The notes beneath the pieces were generated by a model. It saw only the letters and a program-made list of their open reading frames with translations. It ran no database searches and was not told the DNA's origin. Shown piece by piece: positions 36,887 through 46,625 of a stretch of 64,000 bases of DNA. The position numbers were made by a program, and so were the translations under genes. The stretch comes from a virus. The DNA lies in IMG/VR virus record IMGVR_UViG_2974715105_000001, positions 720-64,719 of that record; one strand, given 5' to 3'. Numbering within the stretch: position 1 is the stretch's first letter; each line of letters begins with the position of its first letter.

Positions 36887-37783
36887 TTAGAACTCTTCGG
36901 CTTCAGTGGCATCGCCCACGCCACCGGCGTCGCCGCGCGGCTGTTCCTGCTTGCTGTAGTCCACCTTCACCTCACCGCCGACGAACGACTTGTACAGATC
37001 GGCGGCCGCCTTGAAGTGATCCGGGTTTTTCACCAGGCCTTCCAGTTCGAACTGGACGCCGGACCAGCTGCCCTTGTCGTTCGACATGCCGACAGTGGTC
37101 ATACGGACCAGGTTGGCGAAAGTCGGCGGCGTGCGCAGGCCCTGCGGAGTCTGAACTTTCTTCTGGGACAGAGCGGTCATGAGCTTCTTCGAGGCCTTGA
37201 TCTGCGAAGACGACAGGGAGATCAGGGCCTGGCCGAAGTCGCCGGTTTCCGGATCGATGACGATGACGTAATGACCACGGGTGTCGGCGAAGTAATCCGA
37301 TTTCTTGTCACTGACCGAGCCGTCTTCGTTCGGCGCGTACAGGCGCCCTTCGACTTCCTTGACCTTGGTAGGGTCTTTCATCATTTCCTTGAAGTCTTCG
37401 ACGCTGATGGACCCTTTGAAACCGCCCTCGGCCTCGCGACCAGCCCAGCGGATGAACTCGCGACGATACGCGGCCGGGATGATCAGCAGACCGGTCTTGC
37501 CGTCGTAAATCTTGCCGGTGACGGTATTCAGGAACATGCCGGCCTTCGCGCCCTCGATGTACTTCGGATCGTCTTCATCGACCTGCGGCGACATCTTTTG
37601 CAGCACTTGGATGAAGGGAATGGCATAGGAATCTGCGTCAGCCCCTTCGAAACCGGCGCCGTCATACGCGTACAGGTCCATGAAGTCGGGAACGTCAGTA
37701 GTCGCGACGGCGCCGCCGTTGGCCACTGCAACGGCCTTGGTTTCTTCAGTTGCTTCGGAAGTCTCGGTTTTCTTGCCAGCCAT
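36887..37783 (-). CDS. Putative single-stranded DNA-binding protein (298 aa)
   Basis: Strong codon bias; in the replication block; acidic tail DATEAEEF. Confidence 0.6.
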   Translation of the reverse strand: MAGKKTETSEATEETKAVAVANGGAVATTDVPDFMDLYAYDGAGFEGADADSYAIPFIQVLQKMSPQVDEDDPKYIEGAKAGMFLNTVTGKIYDGKTGLLIIPAAYRREFIRWAGREAEGGFKGSISVEDFKEMMKDPTKVKEVEGRLYAPNEDGSVSDKKSDYFADTRGHYVIVIDPETGDFGQALISLSSSQIKASKKLMTALSQKKVQTPQGLRTPPTFANLVRMTTVGMSNDKGSWSGVQFELEGLVKNPDHFKAAADLYKSFVGGEVKVDYSKQEQPRGDAGGVGDATEAEEF

Positions 37784-37831
37784 GTTAGGCTCCTTGTTTG
37801 TCGAATTTCAGTTATTTCTAACTGTGGGTTT

Positions 37832-37861
37832 ATAATAACGTAAGTTGCAACTAAGTAAAGC
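37832..37861 (-). promoter_or_regulatory. Sigma70-like promoter
   Basis: GCTTTACT, 16 nt, TATTAT upstream of the SSB-like gene. Confidence 0.55.
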
Positions 37862-37871
37862 AAATTACATA

Positions 37872-38492
37872 TTAAGCTTTGCTCTTTTTCACCTTCGGCT
37901 TCGTGATCTTGGCCTCTTTATATTCGTGGACGCCGATGAAATCTGGCAACTCTTCGCCCTTCTCCAGGTACTCGCGACCGAACGCCTGGAGGGTCTGGTA
38001 GTGAACATCGCGGTTGATGGTGGCGTCATAGCCGGCTTCGATGATCGCTTCGGCCGCCTTCTTCGCATCTTCCATTTCGCCGCGACCGAATTCTGCCAGA
38101 ACTTTGGTCTTGATGATGCCGTCGTTGTCTGTGTCTTCCAGCCACTTCCAGAACTTCGACTTGTTCTCTTCCTTGACGGAAATGATGGCTTTCGGCTCGA
38201 CTTTTACCGTGCGGCCATCAGCCAAAGTCGTGGTCTTCTGGCCGAGTTCCTCCAGAAGCTCAGGAATGGTGTTGCGCTTGAGGGTCTTCAGCTCTTCCTC
38301 TTTTTCGGCCAGCGCCTTTTGTAAATCGAGGATTTCGCCGTCCAGCTGAGACGCCTTGTCCACCAAGTTCAGCAGTCGATGGCCAATGTCGGTAGCTTCG
38401 ACTGCCATTTCATCCATGACGCCGAAATAGTCAATTTCGCCCGGCGCATTGTCCTTCAGATACTCCGGAACTTCCAATTCTTGCTCGCTCAT
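37872..38492 (-). CDS. Conserved replication-module protein (206 aa)
   Basis: RBS GGAGG; coiled coil then IPELLEELG...WLEDTDNDGIIK...VHYQTLQAF. Confidence 0.78.
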   Translation of the reverse strand: MSEQELEVPEYLKDNAPGEIDYFGVMDEMAVEATDIGHRLLNLVDKASQLDGEILDLQKALAEKEEELKTLKRNTIPELLEELGQKTTTLADGRTVKVEPKAIISVKEENKSKFWKWLEDTDNDGIIKTKVLAEFGRGEMEDAKKAAEAIIEAGYDATINRDVHYQTLQAFGREYLEKGEELPDFIGVHEYKEAKITKPKVKKSKA

Positions 38493-38586
38493 GTCAGCCT
38501 CCAACTTAGTGATGTTCCCTTACTTGAACTAAGTATTGAGTAGATATTATGCCGCATCTTCCTTGATACGGCTACTGATTTACATA

Positions 38587-40146
38587 TTAAATTTCGTCGC
38601 GAGTGCTAACGTCAGCCTCGAACACTCCATCAACGACATAACTCGCGAGATTGCGCTTCCACTCCAAACTAGTCTGGATTTTCTCGTCGATGGAGTCCAG
38701 GCAGATGAGGTCGAAGTACAGAACAGAGTTGACGGTCCCGATGCGATGGTTCCTGTCTTCGGACTGCATCCGCAACTCGTTGTCTTCGTCGGTCGTGTAG
38801 TAAATTGCCACGTCTGCGGCGGTGAGCGTGATTCCGATCCCAGCTGCGGCCGGGTTGCCCAGGAAGACTTGGACGCGCTTGGCCTGAAAATCATCGATCA
38901 GCTTTTCTCGTTCGTCCTCTTTGGTCTCGCCATAATAGGTTCCAAACGAAATTCCTTGGGTCTCAAGATACGCAGCGATCTGACCGATTTCATGAATCCG
39001 CATCGCCCAGATGATGATAGACCGTTCCGGGTCTTCCTCCAACAGACCCTCCAGAAGGTCGGTGAACACTGCGAATCGCGGGTTATCTTCGGGCGGCAGG
39101 ATCACCGGTTCCCCATAAACGTTGATATAGCCAGATGCCACTTGCTTGAGTTTCGAACGAGCCGCAGCGGCGTCGAACGATACATCCAACATGAAATCTT
39201 CGTTCTTGAGCACGAAGTGGTAGTCTTCTTCCACTCGCTGATAAACCTTCCTTTGCTCAGGCGACATTTCGAAATATATGCGCTTGTAAACCTTTTCTGG
39301 CAGGAATGGTAATGCCTCTTTCTTCGTGACCCGGAAGCTGTGCGGCTCGATCAGGGACCGCAGTTTGTCGAGATTTCGGAATACTGGCCGCCCCAGATCG
39401 TCTTTCTCGACGAGCTGAGGGGGAACGGTCCTCTTTCCATCCAATTTGCGCATGATGGCTATCATTCGTGGATCGTCACTGGGAACAAGAACAGAAAATT
39501 CGGCCACGAACGCCCGATAGGATTTCGTCCCAAGAATGCCATCGCGCAAAAATTGAAACTGCATGAACAAATCCGTAGGCGCTCGCGTCAGAGGCGTGCC
39601 AGAAAGTATGCGACGCGCCACGGCCTTCTCGCCCAGTTCTACAATTTTCTTTGCGCGTTTCGCCTGTGGGTTTTTGATCCTCGTTGATTCGTCCACAATC
39701 GCGCATACTCTGAACGTCTTGAGGAACCGCTTGACTTCGTCATAGCCAGCCTGATGGTTGATGGCATCGACGTTGATGGCAAATACCCGAAGCACTTTTT
39801 CGTCGGAGAACGTCTCGGCATACAGGCGATCCAAACGCGCCCTAGCCTTTTTGGAAGTCGGTCTGCCGCGCCAATCCACGCACAGGGTCTTGACTGCGAC
39901 GTGAGTAGGAATTTCGCGCAGAATCCAGTTGGTATGTACGCCTTTGGGGGCGACGATAAGCAGCGCGTCAACCCTTCCTTGCAGGAAGAGCCTAACTGAG
40001 TCTGCCAAAGTAGTCCAGGTCTTCCCGGTGCCCTGCTCCATCAGGTATGCGAAATTCCTTTTGTTAAGGGAAGCTTCCAGGGCATTGAACTGGTGTTGCA
40101 TCGCCTCGGTCTTCATACCCTTGACTGGAAAGGTTTTGGCTTTCAT
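38587..40146 (-). CDS. SNF2/SF2-family DNA helicase (519 aa)
   Basis: MEQGTGKT, IVDES, LSGTP, AAAGIGITL, QSEDRNHRIG motifs. Confidence 0.92.
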   Translation of the reverse strand: MKAKTFPVKGMKTEAMQHQFNALEASLNKRNFAYLMEQGTGKTWTTLADSVRLFLQGRVDALLIVAPKGVHTNWILREIPTHVAVKTLCVDWRGRPTSKKARARLDRLYAETFSDEKVLRVFAINVDAINHQAGYDEVKRFLKTFRVCAIVDESTRIKNPQAKRAKKIVELGEKAVARRILSGTPLTRAPTDLFMQFQFLRDGILGTKSYRAFVAEFSVLVPSDDPRMIAIMRKLDGKRTVPPQLVEKDDLGRPVFRNLDKLRSLIEPHSFRVTKKEALPFLPEKVYKRIYFEMSPEQRKVYQRVEEDYHFVLKNEDFMLDVSFDAAAARSKLKQVASGYINVYGEPVILPPEDNPRFAVFTDLLEGLLEEDPERSIIIWAMRIHEIGQIAAYLETQGISFGTYYGETKEDEREKLIDDFQAKRVQVFLGNPAAAGIGITLTAADVAIYYTTDEDNELRMQSEDRNHRIGTVNSVLYFDLICLDSIDEKIQTSLEWKRNLASYVVDGVFEADVSTRDEI

Positions 40147-40559
40147 TTGTTCTCCAGATCGGCGAGAAATTGAATGATGTTGTCCAGTCCTTCTGCATGA
40201 CTCGCGACTTCCACCAGGTCGCGGCTGTTAAGATCGAACAGATCGAGCATGGGATTCAGGAGCAGCCAATCGGTTCCGATTTTCACCAGAACGAAGCCGC
40301 GACCGCCCCAGCCGATCCGCTCCCGAAGGAAAGGGATTTGCCCAGGCTCGAAACAGCGCGCCATTGGGCAGGTCGAGGTGCGCTTTGGCCAAGCTTCCAG
40401 AGCCTTGAACTCGACCCAAAACTGGACACCGTGACGATTCAGACAGATCGAATCGGACATGCCAGACCGGCGCGTCTCCAGGAAATCGACCAGGATTCTG
40501 CCTAGCGAGCGTTGCTTAAACACATTCGCGGCTTTCGTTTCGCGATCATTCATCGCCAT
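40143..40559 (-). CDS. PD-(D/E)xK nuclease, VRR-NUC/resolvase-like
   Basis: GMSDSIC...WVEFKA...QIPFL...GGRGFVLV. Confidence 0.75.
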   Translation of the reverse strand: MAMNDRETKAANVFKQRSLGRILVDFLETRRSGMSDSICLNRHGVQFWVEFKALEAWPKRTSTCPMARCFEPGQIPFLRERIGWGGRGFVLVKIGTDWLLLNPMLDLFDLNSRDLVEVASHAEGLDNIIQFLADLENK

Positions 40560-43500
40560 TCCCCTCTTCTGAATCTTTCTCTGCTTGCGCTGCCAACTTT
40601 GCTTTCTCGCGTTCGGTCAATATCCGCTTGACGGCCTTCACGATGAACATATCGATTCCGCTGAGCTTCCATCCTTTGATGAGGAACCAAGAGCCGGTCG
40701 GCGTCCCTTCGGCAATATTCTTCCCGTACCGAAGATATTTTTCAGGGCGAATCCTGAAACGAATCGGTTGGTCAACCGAGTCATCCACGCACATCAAATC
40801 GAGGAACTGCGACTGGCCTTTGTACATCGGATTCTTTCCTTGGTCAGCCCTCTTCTTCTGGCGGATCGGTTCATTCTCATCCGACAGAACTTTCTTCACC
40901 AGCTTGACGATAACTAGGCCATCGTCGCCATCGCGGATATCCCGAATGTTCTGAATGGGATTTCCGGAAGTCACCCCAACCAACTCAGGATTGTCATATG
41001 CATGGCCCCAGAGCGTATGAGATTCGTTCAAATCCGCGAATTGAACCTCAGAATTGGACAAACTCGCGGCAACTTTCTCCCAATCCTGAAGCGTTTTAAG
41101 ATGGGAGCCGGCCAGCTCTTTATATTGCGCCTTCAACTCCTTCAGTTCAGCTTTCAACTCCTTTAGATCAGCTTTGAGCAGCTTCTCCAGTTCTTTGTCT
41201 CTGCTGACTTTCGCCGAAAGAATCTGGGCTTCCAGCGCGGCAACGTCATCAGCCTTATCCTCTACATCCTGCGCCGAAATCGGGCAATTGGCCAGGGCAA
41301 TCCTCGCGACCTTGACTTCCTCGCGAAGACGCAAGAATCGCTCGGCCTTAGCCGGGCCGAAGCCTTTGGCGTTCATGATGCCGCCGATCAGGCGTCCGTC
41401 CGCTACAACCCAGTTGAGTTCGGAATGCTCCGGGTCCAGGGCCGTATATTCTACGCCTTCTTTGGCCAATTCGCGAAGGATAGACACAGTTTGCTGGTCG
41501 TCCTTCGCCGCCCGAAGGCACGCGGCCGCGTATTCCAGGCGATGATACCGCTTCATGTAGCAAGTCCAGTACGTCACCACGGCATAGCTTACCGAGTGGG
41601 AGCGGTTGAATCCCCAGGCTCCGAACGTCACCATTTCCTGCCAAACTCGGTGAGCGTCTTCCGGGGCGACGCCTATGGTCTTGGCGCCTTCGATGAACAG
41701 TTCTCGGCGCTTGTTGAAGAACTCTTCACCCTTTCGCGCCGACATCGCTTTCCGGATTGCCGACGTTTGTTCCCAGTCGAACTGACCGATGTCCTTCACA
41801 ATTGACATGATCTGTTCTTGGTACAGGAACACGCCATACGTACCAGACAGATACTGCTCGACCTGCGGAACGGTATAGGTCACAGGCTCGCGACCAGCCA
41901 CGCGCTCGATGTATTTAGTGGCCATTCCCGAAGACAACGGACCCGGACGAGCGAGCGCCGTGATGTGGTCGATGTTTTCGAACGCGGTGATATTGATCGC
42001 GTTTGCGACCGAACGAACTGCCTGCCCTTCGAACTGGAAAATGCCGGACATTTTGTCTTCGTTGAGAACATCCAGGACCGCCTTGTCGTTCAAAGGCAAG
42101 TCGTACAACTCCTGCGCAGTCACACAGTTCGCGTCCTGGATGACGCCCAGAGTTCGAAGGCCGAGCGCATCGATCTTGAGGAGATTCAAATATTCCGAAT
42201 CCGGCTTATCGAGCTGCGCGACGCCTTCAGAAGTTACCGTACAGAAGTCGATAACTTCATCGTTGCAGACCAGGATGCCTGCCGCGTGTACGCCAGAGTG
42301 GGATGGGTGAATTTCGAGGTCGCCCATGCAGGCGGACGCGATCTCATACTTTTCGCGGAAGTCGCGGCCGGGCTGAGTTTTTTCGAAAGTATCCTCCAAT
42401 CCTTTTCCATATCGTTCGTCCGCCGAAGTATATTCAATGATCGAGTTTTTGATGTTATCGGTATCATGGAATGGAATGCCGAAGCGCTTCCCGACGTGAG
42501 CGATAACCGACGCGGCCTTCAGCGTATTGATGTTACCGAGCTTCACCACGTTCCAAGTGCCGTATTTCTGCTGGAGATATTCGAACACTAGATAGCGATG
42601 GGTATCGGCGAAGTCGATATCTATATCGGGAAGATCGGAACGGGAAATGTCGATAAAGCGCTGGAAGAGAAGGCGATGCGGGAGCGGATCAACCTCGGTA
42701 ATACCCAGCAGGTAGCAGACCAAAGAGCCGGCCGAAGAGCCGCGAGCCGGGCCGACCAGCATGTGCTTCTTGGCGAACGCAACCAGATCGGCTACCACCA
42801 GGAAGTAGCTGTCGAAGTCTTTCAGCTGAATTTGCTTGATTTCTTCCTGGAACCGATCTTCGTAAGCTTGGGTCCATTCCTTGATGTGGCCGCGACTGAG
42901 ACGGTAGGCTTGGCCCTCGCGAGCCAGGGCGACGATATCACCATCTAGGTGGATCATTGGCGCTTTTGCCAGTTTTACATCGACCAGCTGCTCGACCACC
43001 GCACGAGTATTGGCGGCGGCGGCATCGAACTCTTCGCGAGTCATGATGTGGCGTAAACGGCTCCACAACTCCTCTTCGGTGGCGATGTGGCGAAGGCCGA
43101 CCGATTCCCGCACCTTCCAGGCCGACGCGAAATCAGCATGGTCGATGGACGGCATGTCGTTGTAAGAGGTAATTACCACCGGCTTTCCGAATGCCCTGGC
43201 CGTCTCCATAGCGCCGTGCGCGGCGACCATCGACGCGGGATTGATGTCAATGTAGTCGATTCCGGCCAGATCCAGATGGGCATAGGCCTCGCCAGCGAAT
43301 TTGATGACGCCGTCAGCTTCCTGGAATTCTTGCGGAGTCAATCCTTGATTCTGGACCGACTTGGAAGTCAAGCGGTAGAACTTCTTGGTGTCCTTGGCGA
43401 GCACCCAGGCTTTGAGCTTCAGCTCTTTCTCGCCATCGTCGGCGCATTTGATCGGGATTTCCATGCCGAATCCGCGAGGCAGTTCTGCCTTGGTAGCGGC

Positions 43501-43656
43501 TTGTTCCCAACGGACGTGACCCCATGTTCCATCATCGACGATGGCGACGAATGGGGATTCGATCTCTTTGGCGCGCTCGATGATCTCCGGGAATCGACCA
43601 TATGCGGCGCCGTAGGAGTAACCAGAGCGAACGCGGAGCTGAGGGAAAGACATCAT
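40546..43656 (-). CDS. dnaE: DNA polymerase III alpha-like replicative polymerase (1036 aa)
   Basis: PHP domain, GPARGSSAGSL, DLPDIDIDF, HAAG, LKIDALGL, YQEQ, FNRSHS, HhH and OB domains. Confidence 0.95.
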   Translation of the reverse strand: MMSFPQLRVRSGYSYGAAYGRFPEIIERAKEIESPFVAIVDDGTWGHVRWEQAATKAELPRGFGMEIPIKCADDGEKELKLKAWVLAKDTKKFYRLTSKSVQNQGLTPQEFQEADGVIKFAGEAYAHLDLAGIDYIDINPASMVAAHGAMETARAFGKPVVITSYNDMPSIDHADFASAWKVRESVGLRHIATEEELWSRLRHIMTREEFDAAAANTRAVVEQLVDVKLAKAPMIHLDGDIVALAREGQAYRLSRGHIKEWTQAYEDRFQEEIKQIQLKDFDSYFLVVADLVAFAKKHMLVGPARGSSAGSLVCYLLGITEVDPLPHRLLFQRFIDISRSDLPDIDIDFADTHRYLVFEYLQQKYGTWNVVKLGNINTLKAASVIAHVGKRFGIPFHDTDNIKNSIIEYTSADERYGKGLEDTFEKTQPGRDFREKYEIASACMGDLEIHPSHSGVHAAGILVCNDEVIDFCTVTSEGVAQLDKPDSEYLNLLKIDALGLRTLGVIQDANCVTAQELYDLPLNDKAVLDVLNEDKMSGIFQFEGQAVRSVANAINITAFENIDHITALARPGPLSSGMATKYIERVAGREPVTYTVPQVEQYLSGTYGVFLYQEQIMSIVKDIGQFDWEQTSAIRKAMSARKGEEFFNKRRELFIEGAKTIGVAPEDAHRVWQEMVTFGAWGFNRSHSVSYAVVTYWTCYMKRYHRLEYAAACLRAAKDDQQTVSILRELAKEGVEYTALDPEHSELNWVVADGRLIGGIMNAKGFGPAKAERFLRLREEVKVARIALANCPISAQDVEDKADDVAALEAQILSAKVSRDKELEKLLKADLKELKAELKELKAQYKELAGSHLKTLQDWEKVAASLSNSEVQFADLNESHTLWGHAYDNPELVGVTSGNPIQNIRDIRDGDDGLVIVKLVKKVLSDENEPIRQKKRADQGKNPMYKGQSQFLDLMCVDDSVDQPIRFRIRPEKYLRYGKNIAEGTPTGSWFLIKGWKLSGIDMFIVKAVKRILTEREKAKLAAQAEKDSEEGNGDE

Positions 43657-44207
43657 GCGGCCTCCATTGCTTGATACGCCCGATACACTCCCATGCGCTT
43701 GCAGACTTCGTGGAGCAGCCGCACGTCGTCGAGCGCCCGGTGTTTCTGTACATATGGGCCGCAGTAGTGCTCATAAAGATGTTGCAGCCGCATGCGGTGG
43801 CCGAACAACGGCGCCGACTCTTCCACAGTACAGATATCGAGCGATGGGAAATTGACTTCGTCCAGGCCGAACTTGCCGCGAGCCAGATCGCAGGTCAGCA
43901 TGAACTTATCGAATGGCAGGTTGTGGGCAATATTCGCGTCGGCTCTGGAAAAGAAGTCGCGAACTTTCTGGCGCTGATCGAGGAAAGATGGGTGCTTGAT
44001 CAGGTCTTCGTTCTTCAACCCGGTGATCTTGGTGATGATTTCCTCGATAACGATTCCAGGATTGCAGATGAACTCTACTTCATCCAAAATCTTTTCGCCA
44101 TCAGTTATCACGCCGGCGAATTCGATGATTCTCGGCTGCTTTCTCAGACTCACCCTTTGGTGGAACGGGAGTCCTGTGGTCTCAGTATCCCATACAGCGA
44201 ATATCAT
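43653..44207 (-). CDS. dnaQ: DEDDh 3'-5' exonuclease (epsilon-like, 184 aa)
   Basis: DTETTG, AHNLPFD, HRALDDV. Confidence 0.92.
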   Translation of the reverse strand: MIFAVWDTETTGLPFHQRVSLRKQPRIIEFAGVITDGEKILDEVEFICNPGIVIEEIITKITGLKNEDLIKHPSFLDQRQKVRDFFSRADANIAHNLPFDKFMLTCDLARGKFGLDEVNFPSLDICTVEESAPLFGHRMRLQHLYEHYCGPYVQKHRALDDVRLLHEVCKRMGVYRAYQAMEAA

Positions 44208-44229
44208 GTTTGTTCCCTCTTATGTCGAA

Positions 44230-44255
44230 AGGCCGGCTGCTTTCGCGACCGGCCT
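44230..44255 (-). terminator. Terminator-like hairpin
   Basis: Minus strand AGGCCGG-TCGC-GAAA-GCAG-CCGGCCT-TT. Confidence 0.55.
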
Positions 44256-44282
44256 GAGGAGTATACCGCGACGGCTGAAGAT

Positions 44283-45299
44283 TTACGCCTTCTGTCCGTC
44301 TTTCGGCGTGATGCGGCCGGAGCGCATGGTGGCGTGAACAAACGCCGAATAGTTGATCGAGTCCAAGGCCGAATCGGCATCCTTGAACCCGCTATTCGCC
44401 AGGCGAGTGAGTTTGCCCACCATATGCATCACGAACAGGGCGAGCCGATGGTCATCTGCTGTCTTCGCCACCAGGCCGTTCGGGAAGAGGATTTCCATGA
44501 TCTTTCCGTACATCAGGTCATTGCGACCATAGGTGCTCTGGCGGGCGCGGAAGACTTCTGCTGCGGCGTACAGATTGTTGAGAACATCTTCCGCGAAATC
44601 ATCGGGATGAGCGTCATCTTCGCCAGGCCAGACGGATTCCATGGCGAACGGCGCGGCGTCTTCGGTCGGGTCTTCGGACTGAGCCGTTTCAGCGAGCGGA
44701 GACGGGGCTTTCGCAAACGCCTCGTCGAGGGTAGGGGCGGAGTTCGGGGCGGCCGGGAACGGCTCGCCTGCCATGTCGTTGGGCGCGCTATCGGGGTCGC
44801 TATCGGCCGCGACGGCGAAGAACGGCGCATCGCAACCTTCCAGGTTCAGGATGTAGGAGTCGATCCCCAGGCTATTGTAGGCATCGATGATGTCCTGGCG
44901 ATCATCGAACGCCGCGACGATCTTGGTGACGCCTTCGATTTTCTTCAGGATGTCGAGCGCGACTGCCCGCTTGAACTGAGGTGCCGGCTCGGTGTTACCA
45001 TACGGCCGCATGATGAGTTCATACTCGCGATGTTCGGCGATGCCGAGTTCGCGGTGGAGCTTGGCCCTGGTCTGGAAAAAGTGGTTGTCGGTTCGGCCGG
45101 TGATGAAGAAGATCATGAGGTCGGCGTCGATGGCATTCCTGATGCGACCTACAGCGTGCGGGTTGAGAGTGTCCTTGTCGAGACGAGAATGATACTCGTC
45201 CCATTGCCGTTCCAAGGCGAAGCTCTTGCGGTGGCTATCGTCGAATACGCAGCCGTCCAGGTCGAAGATGATGATGCCATTCTTTGGTTTGCGTTCCAT
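44283..45299 (-). CDS. HAD phosphatase (PNKP-like) fused to DUF6378-like all-alpha domain (338 aa)
   Basis: FDLDGCVFD, ITGR, FDDR; acidic Pro-rich linker; C-terminal RARQSTYG...KLTRL...DSALDSINYSA. Confidence 0.75.
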   Translation of the reverse strand: MERKPKNGIIIFDLDGCVFDDSHRKSFALERQWDEYHSRLDKDTLNPHAVGRIRNAIDADLMIFFITGRTDNHFFQTRAKLHRELGIAEHREYELIMRPYGNTEPAPQFKRAVALDILKKIEGVTKIVAAFDDRQDIIDAYNSLGIDSYILNLEGCDAPFFAVAADSDPDSAPNDMAGEPFPAAPNSAPTLDEAFAKAPSPLAETAQSEDPTEDAAPFAMESVWPGEDDAHPDDFAEDVLNNLYAAAEVFRARQSTYGRNDLMYGKIMEILFPNGLVAKTADDHRLALFVMHMVGKLTRLANSGFKDADSALDSINYSAFVHATMRSGRITPKDGQKA

Positions 45300-45301
45300 A
45301 T

Positions 45302-45493
45302 TCAGATTTCCTTACTGGTTGCTTTCTGGGTGACGGTTTTATCGATGAACGCCCCATCAGAAGTGAGGCGGAAAACTTCGCCATTCTGGATGAAATCGAA
45401 CGATTGCACGTTCATCGTGATGCGAATGGATTCGCTGCCGTTGGTCACTTCGACTTGTGCGATGTCGCCAACTTTCTCGACAATGATCTTCAT
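45302..45493 (-). CDS. Hypothetical protein (63 aa)
   Basis: ATG 45493 directly after the ThyX stop. Confidence 0.62.
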   Translation of the reverse strand: MKIIVEKVGDIAQVEVTNGSESIRITMNVQSFDFIQNGEVFRLTSDGAFIDKTVTQKATSKEI

Positions 45494-45494
45494 G

Positions 45495-46412
45495 TTACAT
45501 GGACTTCCCATTGACGGCCACAGGGTTGGCCTCTTGTTTTTCCGATCCCCAGAAATCGCGGCGCAGTTCTTCCTGCTCGGCCGAGCGATCCATCCAGGGG
45601 CGATAGAACTTGCACTGGTAGATAGGTTCCAACGGAACATCAATCACAGGAATCTGACCTGGCTTTGTCTCCAGAGCGGCCATGAACCGGTCATAGGATT
45701 TCTGCTGGATTTCCTCTTCATTCATCACCTTCGACCCATAGCGCGGGAAGGCGCAGGAGCCGGTGGCGACGCAGTGCGGCTGGAGCAGGCTGTCGAACAT
45801 AGGATAGACTTCCAGAACCAGCCGGCGCATTTCGCGGAATACTTCCTGATATTCACCCTGGGTCCGAACGCACAGGCGAACCTTCGCCATGTCGCTGAGA
45901 GTCCGCAGATTGAACTTGGCCGCGATCTTCGTTTCCATGTTGGAAGGGATGATGGCACGAGCGTCCTGGAGCGACGCGCCGGCCTCCAGAAGCTTCTGGT
46001 AGCTGGTTTGCGCGTCGGCAATGGCGTCATGCCACAGACGGTTCAGCTCTTCGCGGACATGGTAGGTCGGGTCAGGCTCGCCATTTACCGTAGCCGGTTC
46101 GTCGAATTCCCAGCGGAAGGCTTCCGGCTGAACGACGGCGCTGATTTCCAGAGCGCGACTGGTTTCCTGCTGGTAAGCCCCGGTGCGAGTCCGAACGAGT
46201 TGATGGGTGAAATTCTTGCTGACGCCCTCGATCTGGAAAATGAAGTCCACGAACTCGAACGGCGAGCGGATGGTGTCCAGCATGTACTTCCAGTGGTCAA
46301 GCTTTTCGGCCTCGGTCATGGTCGCCGGGTCTTGGCCGCGCATGCGAGTGGATTTCGTCCCCAGGAGAAGTTCCCAGGCGTTCTGGGTGTAACTGATCAG
46401 AGAAATTTTCAT
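45495..46412 (-). CDS. thyX: Flavin-dependent thymidylate synthase-like protein, divergent (305 aa)
   Basis: SPFEFVDFIFQIEGVS...THQLVRTR...DARAIIP...NLRTL...RLC...QGEY ThyX pattern, with an altered RHR motif. Confidence 0.85.
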   Translation of the reverse strand: MKISLISYTQNAWELLLGTKSTRMRGQDPATMTEAEKLDHWKYMLDTIRSPFEFVDFIFQIEGVSKNFTHQLVRTRTGAYQQETSRALEISAVVQPEAFRWEFDEPATVNGEPDPTYHVREELNRLWHDAIADAQTSYQKLLEAGASLQDARAIIPSNMETKIAAKFNLRTLSDMAKVRLCVRTQGEYQEVFREMRRLVLEVYPMFDSLLQPHCVATGSCAFPRYGSKVMNEEEIQQKSYDRFMAALETKPGQIPVIDVPLEPIYQCKFYRPWMDRSAEQEELRRDFWGSEKQEANPVAVNGKSM

Positions 46413-46618
46413 CAGAAATCTTCCGGAATTGGCGTGAAGTGGAATTTTTTGGTTAGATCCAGGGCCAGGCCTTGGGCTTGCTCTTTACGAAGGCCATACT
46501 GCTCTATCTCTTCCTTGAGCAGTTCGCAGGCCTCCAGACGCGACTCATACTCTTCAGCCTCCTGAACGGATGAGAAAACGGTTCCATCAGAGGTTCTGTA
46601 CACAAGTTCAATCGACAT
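46412..46618 (-). CDS. Hypothetical protein (68 aa)
   Basis: YRTSDGTVFSSVQEAEEYE; RBS GAGG. Confidence 0.7.
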   Translation of the reverse strand: MSIELVYRTSDGTVFSSVQEAEEYESRLEACELLKEEIEQYGLRKEQAQGLALDLTKKFHFTPIPEDF

Positions 46619-46625
46619 GATGACC

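Noticed and set aside
41060-41335. DnaE insertion as an intein or intron
   Set aside because: No Cys/Ser start with His-Asn end, no endonuclease motifs, and the frame is uninterrupted. It reads as a coiled coil.
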